Of a stretch of 64,000 nt of DNA, positions 1-11,400 are shown one piece after another. Each line of letters starts with the position of its first letter. Position 1 is the first letter of the stretch. A program made the translations under genes and the position numbers. A model generated the notes under the pieces. The model was not told the origin of the DNA and did not search any database. It saw only the letters and a program-made list of their open reading frames with translations. Where the stretch lies: positions 96,239 through 160,238 of the forward strand of contig DF237127.1 in assembly GCA_000708835.1 (NCBI GenBank), given 5' to 3'. This DNA is from Klebsormidium nitens (lineage: Eukaryota > Plantae > Klebsormidiophyceae).

Positions 1-190
1 ATATATCCCCTCGGAAAATTCCTCCCAGGCTCCCCCTCGTACAATAGGTAACGTAGGTACCAATAACGGATGATGATAATGTAGGTAGTCTTAGTCTTAG
101 TCTAGGTACGTACCGTACCACATGTATCAAGTAGTAGTACGCCGCGTCTCAACCAGAGCTGCTCTGAGAGCAGCAAAAAGCTGCAAAAGC

Positions 191-290
191 GGGATCCCCA
201 GTGCCCACTGCCGAGTGAGATTGCAATGAGGGATCCCCAGACCTACTGTACTGACTGCGACTGAGGGTTGTACCGTATTGAGGGATCCCC
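191..290. repeat. Three direct copies of GGGATCCCC (palindromic core GGGATCCC)
   Basis: Exact 9-mers at 191-199, 230-238 and 282-290; copies 2 and 3 share the longer TGAGGGATCCCC. Confidence 0.7.
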
Positions 291-334
291 GGATTCCAGT
301 TGACCTCAGTGGACCTACTAGTAAACGTATTACG

Positions 335-826
335 GGCTGCCTCCACACTGCCGGATACTTGGGTCGTCGGCTACTCCGAGTACCCCCCTCTGGAGTATCC
401 CGGGCAAGTAGCCCGTCCAGACTGCGGGATACTCCACCCGGCTACTTTGCGTTCCGCGATGATCGGGAGCTACTTTGCCTTATCACGTGTGAACGAGTAG
501 CCCGGCAAGTATCCTTCAAAAAGTAGGCTACTTGGCCGGCTACTCGGCGGTTGGCCAATCAGATTTCAGCATAACGGTCCAGTTGTTGAACCGGACGCGT
601 GCGAACATCGACAGTCTGCTTTCTTGAATGATTGCTCAAATCTTTGAGTCAACGTGGCACGCTGAGAGTGACCGGCGGAAGTAGCCGGTGTCCAAAGTAG
701 CCCCCAGTGTGGAAGCGGCTACTTCGGCTCCCGCATTTTGCGGAGAAGCTCCCGGTTCCTTGGAGAAACTTGAGAAGTAGCCGGGTACTCCAGTATCCCC
801 AAGTATCCCCCAGTGTGGAGGCAGCC
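335..826. mobile_element. Non-autonomous DNA transposon (MITE), PIF/Harbinger-like, 492 bp
   Basis: TIRs GGCTGCCTCCACACTGCCGGATACTTGGG (335-363) and CCCAAGTATCCCCCAGTGTGGAGGCAGCC (798-826) are 27/29 complementary. 3-bp TSD ACG at 332-334 and 827-829. Many subterminal GGCTAC/GTAGCC motifs; no coding capacity. Superfamily inferred from GGC termini plus the 3-bp TSD. Confidence 0.8.
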
Positions 827-2471
827 ACGGGAGTATTTATGCCACACCACGTGCATGGCCTGAAATGCGGATCATGTCGACACTGCCTGAGCGGACGGTG
901 CGGACCGCATGCATATGTCGATCCGAGTCCCGACTGAGTCTATAAACCGCGGCTCGCAAATAGGATCCTACGGTCGATCGCGCGGGACTCGGCAGGCAGG
1001 CGAGTAGTACATACTACATAGTAGAAAGTTGTAAAAGTGTGAACGCAGAAGTGTTACCGAGGCCGGCATCGTAAACCGTACGATACTCAGATGCGCGTAG
1101 AATCTGTTAAATCCGGAATTCACTACCAGGACCATTCAGGATCGACCCCTGACTTGCGGCCTTATCTCATACCATCGCACAGCTCAATCGACCGGGTGCG
1201 ACAAAGTGCCCCGGGTAATCCAACCGGCAAAGAAACGTACCCTCAAATCGTGGTCCCGGTACCTTTAACCGTGTTCAACAAGCCCTTGAGTCTTAGGGTG
1301 AAAGGCTTCCATAAACCTCACTGGTTTGACAGCGGGACCCTGCTAAACCCTGGATTGTCCTGTTGAAACCATCTCGGTGAGGATTTCACCGGGAGGCTAT
1401 TTTGAAGATGTACCGGGCTATTCATAGTCCAGCGATCGTGTGCGCTTATACCCTGATGATGCAAGCCCCTTGTGGAAAGTGCCTGTGAACACTTTTACAA
1501 CTGTCTTCTTTGCCCGTTTTGCGGCAGTGACGGCCCGGGCCGGGGCCTGCCAGCGGCCGCCGCGGCAGCCCCGCGGCCGGGCATAGTATGCTTCAAACTA
1601 GCATGTATAAAAATCTGCATACTAAAGGTATATGAAACCGGGCCCCCGGCGCGCGGGGCCCCGGCCGGGCGCGCGGGTGGTTGTGCCGGGCACTGAGTTT
1701 GGTTTTGCCGGTGCCCGCAAGGGGCCGGGGGGGTCCGGCAATGGTAACTTTAAACAGCCATCAGATCCTGCAATGGTCGATTCCATTCGCAGATCGGAGG
1801 CGCGCATGGTCTTCTTCGCGATTCTACATCGAAGCGCTCTGGAGTACCTTTTCCCCACCCACAAAAAGGCGGGTCCAAGAAAGAAGCCAATGGACCCTGG
1901 GGGGGTTTTTAACGGCTCCAGCGTAGTCTAATTTAGACAGATTTCGATGTAGAATAGTGTTAGAAGCTCCCATTTGAGTGAGGCTTGCATGCAAGTCGAT
2001 CGAAAACACTCATAAGCGTTGCCTATAACGAGCTCGAACCTATAAGAATATAAGATAAGTTGCCTCTAGAAATAGAACTCGGCGTATACGCATCGAGTTG
2101 CTTGTGGTAGTTCTATGCTCTTTTTGGGATCTGTAGGAGCATAGAATGAGAACCATTGACACATCCCATCTCCGTACCGGTAAAACGGTCGGATTGTAAA
2201 TGATACCATCAGATTCGGTAGCCGCAGCCTCGGAACGTAGGATACGGTACCAGGTAACCTGGCCTGGCACGGACTCGGACTCGATCGGAGTCCGATGCCC
2301 CGCCAACTGGGCGGTAACGGTGTTTTATCGTGCTTCCGCGGTGACTGCACTGCTCTGACAGGCTGCATGACTGCGCCAGCAGCACAGCACGCCTTGCAAG
2401 CCGCATGCGGCTCAAAAACTTGAAACCGCGCACTTTTCCACAGCTCGGCTTCATTTGCAGAGGTGTCCGGT

Positions 2472-5400
2472 ATGGCGGGGCCCTCAGGCATTGGTGCTGC
2501 TGGCGCCATGCCGGCTGACGACCGGATGCCCACCCTTCCGCCGATCGCTGCACCGGCGTCCCCTAATCGCAATGCTGACAACGTGGTTCCTCGTGCGAGG
2601 GATCTCATCAGACAGATCAATGCCGCGCAGAGAGGGCCTGATCCTCAGTGGCTGCATGAGCTGGCGGGGTTGTTGGAAGAGGAGGAGAGACGGTAAGAAG
2701 CACGTTTTATGGATTCCTTTTGAGATCATTTTTTTAGGGTTTGGAAGTTATGTTTCTCTTTGGTATCTTTTCTGAGAGGCAGGAGAGAATATGCGGTGCT
2801 TGTCTAGATTTCATTACCCGTCTTGGAAAAAACTTCCTCTTTTGAGAGGCTGCCAGCGTCAGCAACACATGACGGTTCAAGAAAGGGTTAGAGAGAGGTG
2901 TGAGAAAGGCAGTATTTTAGAAGTGGTGGTGGTACTTGTTCAACAAAATAGAAAGCTGGAAAATGCTGCAGGAACTGGTGGTGTGGCTGCATGACTTTGT
3001 AGGGAGACGCCATGGGGTGGTCTTGCAGTTCGCAAGCAGACGAGGAAAATCCCCCTTTGCATGTTTCCTGACATGAGTTCGTTTGACCACCAATCAAGAA
3101 AAAGCAAAGGACCGTTCCTTGTTCGGTTTAATGTTAGCAAAGGATGAATTATCCAGTGGAATTTGCTGGTGGCAGTTTGCATGTATGGAAACCCTGAAAG
3201 AAGTCGACCCTGATATCTGAACTATGATGAAACCGAAAACCTAAACCATAACACCTAACCCTATGAACCTAAACCCTGATTGGATGTCTGTTACATCACA
3301 GGTACCAGGAGCATATGGGCCACCCATTCACCAACACGCGCTCTTCCTACACCATTGGCCGCCTGATCAATCTCGCCCGAGACGATGATGATTTTTTCGA
3401 GTTAGTCAGCATCCGACTCTTGGTTGAACCAAACCATCCTACGAGCCTCAGGGCTGCCGCGGCGCGCTTGACACTAGCGTGCTCCTCAGTCTGGCTCTTC
3501 CCCTTCATCCTGGACGATAGTGTCTTGGAGAAGCTGATCGAGTGGACCAAAGAAGAGTCGCCGGAAGACGAGGAGCGGTTCCTAACTAGACCCGGGGCCA
3601 AATGGGGGAGGGATGCGGAGAAACGGGACAAGGAGTTGTTAAGAACATATGCGACAGGTTTGCTCGCCGTTGCGCTGCAGAACGAGGAGATTGTGGACGA
3701 CGTCGTTCGGCAGGGCCTTGTGGAGCCGTTGGTAAAGTTTCTGAGGAGGTCTGTGCTTAGGAACGATGGAAAGGTGGGGGCGAAACAGGGCCCCAAAGTT
3801 GGAGCGCAGCCAGGTTTGTTCAGCCCTGGGGGGGCGGCAAGGAAGAGGACGAAAGTGTCATTGGACACCCCCTGGAAAGATGAAAACCGCATGGCAGGTG
3901 AGAACGTGCCCGAGGGGGGGGTGGAGGCAAGAGTGGAAGGGAAAGGGAAGGGGAAAATAGACGAGGCGAATGCCGAGAATGATGAGGGGTTTGAGGGGGA
4001 GTCCGATGAAGCTTTGGACGAGTTTTACCACCGGCAGGGGATTGAGGGGGATGGAGAGGATCTTGACGAAGAAGGGGGGCCAGAGATTGGAAGAGTGGGG
4101 CAGAAGACCAGCAAGAGCGAGCGAAGGAAAAGTAAGACGGCAAGGGGGGTGGGTAAGAAGCGAGCAACCGTTGAGGAAGGGGGCAATGGGGCTAGCGGGG
4201 AGGGAACAGCTGGCGAGGAGCTGGGGGGCCCGGAGCGGAAACGGCGGAAGTCGCGAAAAGGGGGAGAGCAAGGAAGTGAAATCCCTGGGGGGGCTTCGGT
4301 GTCTGAGGGTTTGGCCCAAATTGGGCCTGGCAAGTTAGTGGGAGAAACGGCACGTGATGTCGAGTTGGATAGGGCAGGGGCGGCAGCACTGACACGGGCC
4401 AATGAGGAGGAGACAGGTGGCGGCACGGCGGCGGCGGCTGAGCTGGCGCAGGAGGTGCGGACGGAGGGGAATGGCGCGGACGCCCGAAAGGAGGGGTTTG
4501 GAGGGGAGACGATTCAGAACGCTGGGGAAAGCTCACGGAAAACTGACCAGAGGAGAGCGAAAGCGAGTGATATTGAGGGGGAAACAGGGGGAGGAAACGA
4601 ACGGCCTGGGTGTAGTAAGGATGCGCAAGAGGGGACAGAAAGCAAGTTATCTGAAGGACGGAGAGCTAGCGAGGGTGAGGGTGGGAAGGCAAAGAGGAAA
4701 GAGAAAGATCTTCGGTTTGTGCTGGCACGAGCGAGGGAGGCAGCGGAGAGCGAGGCTAGGGATGCCGGGGCACCGCAGGAGGCAGTGGTTGCAGCAGGAG
4801 ATGCGGCTTATGAGTCGGTAAGTCGAAGGATTTGTCGCGTTTACAAAGCCGGATTTGAGTCCCGCAGAGGCGTCCTCTTATTGTCCCCCCTTGCTTCCTT
4901 TCTCTGTGCTTTTCGATGAGGGGGAGACTCTTCGTGTGCAAGGAAGGCCGTTGTGTGTATGTACAGTTGGCAGTCCTCCAGTTGTTTTTTGGTAGATGCT
5001 GACACGAGCTCTCAAAACCCAGGTTTCTTCACCACTTTTCGCTTTGAAATTAGTCAGGTACAGGTTTCTGCATCTTTTGACGGAGGCCTATCGCAACTGC
5101 GTCTAGACAAAGCAAGTAGCTACGGATTCTGGATTGAGGCCCCTCAGTGATTCTTCAACAACGCAGGCCTTGGCTCTATCTTCTCCATTCGTCCTCTGCG
5201 TCCTCCAATTCCTCCTGCGACGCTCTTCTTTAACCACGCGTTATGCAGGTCGTGCTTAAGCCAACCCTGTGCTAACCGTTCTGTCTGCCGGCAAAACGCA
5301 GGCAGAATTTCCTGTTTTTGCCAGTCAGGTCATAGCCTAGCTAAGCCTGTGCTAAATGCTCCGACCCACCTTTCTTCTGCTTCAGGTGAAGTCCGCCCAC

Positions 5401-8400
5401 GCCGACGCTCTGGCCGCCGGCAAAACGCAAGAAGAGGCAGTTACTTCCGCAATCGGCGCCGCGGACGCAGTCGAGGACGCAGCGAAGCAGGCGGCTTCCG
5501 CCAAAGCGCAGCAGGAGGAAGCGAAGAAAGCAAAGCGCAAAGACCCCGAGCCGGAGAACGCAAAGTCTCAAACAGAAGGTGACGCAACCCTTCCGCAAGG
5601 GGTTGATGGGAGCAGAATACGAAAGCTGAGAGAGCGGTACTCTATCCAGTGTCTCGCATCTCTGGGGGAGTATCTCGAGGCGCTTGGGCCGGTGCTCCGA
5701 GAACGGGGGATCGACATATGCCTCGCCCTGCTTCGCCGGCAGCCGGACGGTCCGGTGACCGCGGAAGCTGCGTCCGAAGTCGCGGACAGTCTGAAGCTCG
5801 TGTGCAGTCTGCTTGCGCACCGGCGGTTCGCTCTGCTGTTCGTCGACCGGGGGGGTGTGAATGCGTTCCTGCAAGTGGTGCGAACGCCACACACGTACAC
5901 GGGCCTCTCTCTGTGCCTATTCGCACTCGCGTCAATCCAGGCGGTGATGGAGCGGGTGTGCTCGCTCCTGGGGGATGAGGTCAGCGGGTGCGTCGAGTTA
6001 GCGCTAACCCTAATTTCGTGCACGCACGACCCCGCGCGGAAGAACGCCGCGCTGTTCTTCGGCTCCGCGCTCGTCTTCAAAGCCGTCATCGATGCGTTCG
6101 ACGCGCAGGGGGGGCTTAAGCGCCTGCTCAGCCTCCTGCGAGCCGCGATGGCGCTGCGCGCCGAGATGACGTCATCCGGGCGTCAGATCGCGTTTCACAC
6201 CGTCCTCGCGATCCGGCAGTACCTCCGCAGTCACCTGGTGCTCTTGGTTGAGTCTCTAAAGCAGTCCCTCAAGGGGGGGGCTCAAACGGCGGGGAAAGAA
6301 GGGGGGGGAAAGAGGGGGTCCCGGCCAATCGACGTCAGCGATGCGGCGTATGAGTCCGTGGCAATCATGGTTCACAGGGACCGGAGACTTGGGCCGGTTT
6401 TTGTGAAGGCGCGGTGGCCGGCTCTAGAGGCGTTTCTGGACCTGGGGGGTCCGGGGGTGATGCTGGAACTGGCCAAGCCACGACCGCAGATCCAAAGCGC
6501 GGAGAGGTGAGTGGCTAATTCTGTGGTTGTGCCGCTTAGGTTCTGAGTATGAGTTGTTGAGCGGGCTGCATTATCATGATTTGCAGAATATGAGGGCGTC
6601 CTGAGGGTTCCTTCTCGGAATGCGGCTGGCAAAGGGAATGCGACAGATGCATGTCGCCATTTGTTGATGAGGCACTGGCACTCGTACTTGTACACGGGCA
6701 TTGAGAGCCTTAAGATGGTGAGATGTGAAAAGGTTTACTGTGAAAATTGATCCACTTCCGGTTTTATCAGCATGCTGAGGGTTCGAGGATCTCGCATAGT
6801 TGGACGCTCGGTCGGAGAAAGCCAGGAATTCCGCAGATTCTGTTCACGACGTTCGATTTGGAAATCCTGATGTGTCCGCTTCAAAAGCTTAGCGTCTGGT
6901 TACTCAACAAAGGCCGAGCTTATACCTCTTCAACCTTGGAGGGTCGTCACTTTGGACCGTTGACATGCTTTCAACCTTTCAAACGCTTCTTCTTGGGAAA
7001 AGCGGAACTGAAGCGAGGAGCTGCATCCTTGACTTGAAAAGTTCTCACGCTTTGTTTGTCCGCACAATTTGTGAGAATAGCACAACACTTGCCGAGCTCG
7101 GATATGTTCCCCTGCTCAGAAACAGTTCCGACACCGGTCATGCCGCCCTCGACGTCCTCAACATTAGCACTCTGGCGCCGTGCTCTCAGCGCGCGTCCCC
7201 TTTTTTTCGGTGCTTTTCCCTTCAGCTTTCTTCCCAGCTTTTGTATTTCTCGAGCGTCTTCCCTCTTCTTCATAAGCCAGGCAGCTCTGATGTGACAGTA
7301 CAGAGCTTAGAGCACTCGGCATCCAATCTACTTTTCTTGCTCAAATAGGNNNNNNNNNNNNNNNNNNNNNNNNNNNNNNNNNNNNNNNNNNNNNNNNNNN
7401 NNNNNNNNNNNNNNNNNNNNNNNNNNNNNNNNNNNNNNNNNNNNNNNNNNNNNNNNNNNNNNNNNNNNNNNNNNNNNNNNNNNNNNNNNNNNNNNNNNNN
7501 NNNNNNNNNNNNNNNNNNNNNNNNNNNNNNNNNNNNNNNNNNNNNNNNNNNNNNNNNNNNNNNNNNNNNNNNNNNNNNNNNNNNNNNNNNNNNNNNNNNN
7601 NNNNNNNNNNNNNNNNNNNNNNNNNNNNNNNNNNNNNNNNNNNNNNNNNNNNNNNNNNNNNNNNNNNNNNNNNNNNNNNNNNNNNNNNNNNNNNNNNNNN
7701 NNNNNNNNNNNNNNNNNNNNNNNNNNNNNNNNNNNNNNNNNNNNNNNNNNNNNNNNNNNNNNNNNNNNNNNNNNNNNNNNNNNNNNNNNNNNNNNNNNNN
7801 NNNNNNNNNNNNNNNNNNNNNNNNNNNNNNNNNNNNNNNNNNNNNNNNNNNNNNNNNNNNNNNNNNNNNNNNNNNNNNNNNNNNNNNNNNNNNNNNNNNN
7901 NNNNNNNNNNNNNNNNNNNNNNNNNNNNNNNNNNNNNNNNNNNNNNNNNNNNNNNNNNNNNNNNNNNNNNNNNCCAATCTACTTTTCTTGCTCAAATAGG
8001 AACGATGCAACGCCGGGTCTTCTCGCAGAGTTGCTAACCCCGAGCAAGTTTTTTCCTTCCAGGTACTCCTCTGACACCGCTCACGCCGCCCTCGACGTCC
8101 TCTCAATTGTCACTTTAGCACCCTACTCTCACCGCGCCGTCGTCTCCGCGCAACTCGCCTCCGACGACTCTCGCACCGGCATGTCGATCATCCTGGACGC
8201 AGCAGGGGGGCAGGCTTTCAGCGACCCGGAAATAATCGCCGCGGCTCTGGGCGTGCTGGTGCACGTTGTTTGTCCCCCCCCGGCGCTGGCAAAACCGTCC
8301 GCAAGCCCCCAGGTAAGATTGCTTGTGGTCTCACTGACGAATGTGCTGGGTCTGATGCTCTGGATGTCTACCAGATTAAATTTCGCTCTTTTAGATTTTT

Positions 8401-11400
8401 GTGATTGTTTCCTTTGTCGTCTTCATATTTGTTGCTTCTGTCAAAATCCTCCGCAATTCCCTGCAATCGTTTCTTCGCATGCCGCGACCAAGAATTCGCC
8501 ACCCAGGCGTGGATTTGTTATCTTCGACATTTTCACGATTCACCAACTCGTAACTTTTTGGAAAGTTAAGGGTACTCCTGATCGCTCATTCCCACTTACA
8601 AGCGGAGGACCTTACGATTCGCTCAGGTTGCTGTTGCTATGACCTGCTCTAATTTAAGCTAACCACTTCTTCCTTTCTTCAGGGGGGCGAAACAACGCCC
8701 GGGCCCAACCGGGGCCTCGTGGGCGATCTGCGGATCTCTCTTGGACCCGGGGGGGGCGGCGCAGGGCTCGCTAGTCTGATGGAACAAGGGTTCAAGCAAG
8801 CGAGGGAGGCGGTTCGACAGCACAACGGAATCAAGGTTTTGCTGTCGTTGCTTCACCCGCGGACGGCGCTCCCCCCCGGGACGGCGGATGTGGTGCGCGC
8901 GCTTGCGTGCCACGCGCTTTTGGGCCTGGCGAGGGACCCGGCGATTGCGCACATTTTGACGAAATTGCAGGTGAGGGGGGAAGCATCTTTCCAAGCTGTT
9001 CTCTGAAAGTTGTCCTCTGAAAGTTTTTCTTCTTTCCATATGTTCTCGGTTGAGACTGTTCGAACAAGCTCGCTCACGCGCTTTGGGGCTTGCGAGAGAT
9101 TTGGCAATCGTGGACATCCTGACCAAGTTGCAGGTAAGTGGGGTCATCTTCTTCTGTTCATCCGTTCACCTCAGCTCATTCAAATACCTTTGTCAGACCT
9201 GGTTATAGTCAAGGATTAGCTACAAATGCAAAAGAGGAGAGTTGTAAGCGCCTTCGGGCCCGGACCCGGTGATCGCGCACTTTCTCATCAAATTGCAGGT
9301 AAGGAGGGCTTGCTTGTGTAGCCGTGCTCTCGTGTGCTGCATTCACTGTCAGAGGAAGACTTTGTGCATGACTGAAGAGAGATTTCATATCTGCAGAGAC
9401 TTGTCCTGTCGATAGAAGAGTAATCTCATCCGAAGTGCTGTTGACACGCTTGGCCTTTATGGTAGACCAAGCACAGTGCTGGACCCTTCAGGGCGGCCTC
9501 TGATCACCCTGGTTGCGTCGAAGGAGAGGCAGAAGGGGGTACTAAACATCAGAGCAAAGCAAAGAAAAGTCTTTGCTCATTGCGTGTTTGTATCTCCCTT
9601 GTTTCCAGGTCGGACGCATGCTGTCCGAACTCGTCCGCGACTACGAGTCGTACGGCCCCCAGCGCCCGTCCGGAACCCAAGCCTCGCGCAACGCCGGCAC
9701 TCCCGCTCCCGATGCGGCGATGACGTCATCCGCGCCCCAGTGGCCGAGCGTGTTCAAGAAGGCGGCGCTGGACCTGATTGCGCTGACGTCAGCAGGCGTA
9801 AGCACGAAGGGCGCGAGCGCTGCGGCCGCCAGCGAGGCGGCGGCGCCGACGATGCGGAGGATCGAGAAGGCGGCGATAGCAGCCGCGACCCCGATAAGCT
9901 ATCCCCCGCAGGAGCTCCTGCAGGTTATCCATGTGAGTCTGTATGTCGAGATTTGGTCACTCGCTGTCGGTGTCCTTCCTTGTTTTAAGTTATCAAGTTA
10001 TAAGTATGTCCTTCTCTGGCCCACGTGCTGATCGAGATGCCCCACATTCATGATAAAGGCTCACGTCAGAGCTGGCGGGAAGCGAACAACCGTCAGCCGG
10101 TTGCAAGCGGCTTCCGAGTGTTTCCGACAACCCAGCAGGCGACTTTGGAGGAATGTCTTTATGACCGATTGCAAAGCCAGGTCTCACGCATGCGGTTGGC
10201 TGAACTTTAAATAGAAAGTCAGAGCTCGTGTCGAGCTGGCGCTTGGAAATCACATTGGGTTAAGGACTACCTTATCAGAGCTTTTAGCTTGTTCGAAAAT
10301 GGCAGACGTTTCTAAGTGGATGCGGTTTGTGTGGACCCCGGTCGTTCCTGCTCCGTTGTCAAGGAAAGCGACCCCTTTCCGATCCTGAGATGGCATGGAA
10401 GGCTTGCACGAGGCCGGATTCACATTCTTCCTGATTGGGCCGTTCTTCCTTCCTGCAGGAGCATCTCACGGCCTGCGGTCTCGACAAGGCCGCAGCCGCA
10501 CTCCAACAAGAAGCCCACTTGCCCCTCGTTTCTAAGGGGGACGAAGAAACCGGCTCAGAGACGGGCCCTCAGTCCACTGCTAAAGAGCTCAAACCCTTCC
10601 CCTCCAACGCCACCCCGACCGGCTTTCTGGTAGGCTCTACTGAACCCGGAACAAGCGGGGTTATCGCTGGAGCAACTAGAGCCGGCTCAAATCTGACGAA
10701 GCGATCCCTCTCGATCGCGGCCAACGTTCGAGATCCCAATGCCGAACAGGGGCCGTTGTCCCCCCCCGAAGCAGATGGTGTGAGCACCCCTCAACGGACC
10801 CCTCTCTGTAAACGGAAAGCAACGGAGCCGATCTCACCCCCCCGGAAGCGGTTGAACACCGGGGAGTCTCGGTTCGGGGGGGCGAGGCGAACCGTGTCCC
10901 CTGAGCCGGACTTGCCCCCCGGTGCAGTGCCCGCGTCGGAGTCAAAACCGCACGTCTACAGAACGCCCACAGCAGTTTGCCCTAACCCCTTGCCCGACCA
11001 GTCGGCCATCAACCCGTATTACTGGCAGTACGCAAACAACACCCCAAACCGAACCACTACCCTTCCCGCCATGTCAGATTCCCAATACCTCGAGTCGGCC
11101 TTCACGAGCGAGCGTGGGAGCGGTAATGGTAACGAGCCCCCAACCGTTACCACCACGCTTGACTCCATCGTCACCCAGTACCTCAAACAGCAGCATAGGC
11201 TATGCCCCGCGCCCATAACCACTCTCCCTCCGCTGTCTCTCCACCATAACCACGTTTGTCCGGAGCCGAGGCGGCCGCTCGATGCACCTGCGAACTTCAG
11301 CGCGAGACTGTTGGCGAGACAGTGGAGCCCTCGGTTTGGGGGGATGGGTGGGCGGAGACAGGAAAAGCACATGGTGTACAGTAGGTGAGTTCGAAGCAGA

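Noticed and set aside
191-290. CRISPR-like repeat-spacer pattern
   Set aside because: The repeats are only 9-12 bp, the spacers are unequal, the context is eukaryotic and there are no cas genes.
1821-1955. 13-bp perfect inverted repeat (ATTCTACATCGAA / TTCGATGTAGAAT) as a MITE
   Set aside because: Short, with no TSD and no extension; could be chance in palindrome-rich DNA.
3224-3279. Intronic C/D snoRNA (ATGATGA ... CTGA)
   Set aside because: Only about 56 nt, with no terminal stem and no recognisable rRNA-antisense element.
7270-8106. 278-aa minus-strand ORF
   Set aside because: Open only because it runs through Ns.
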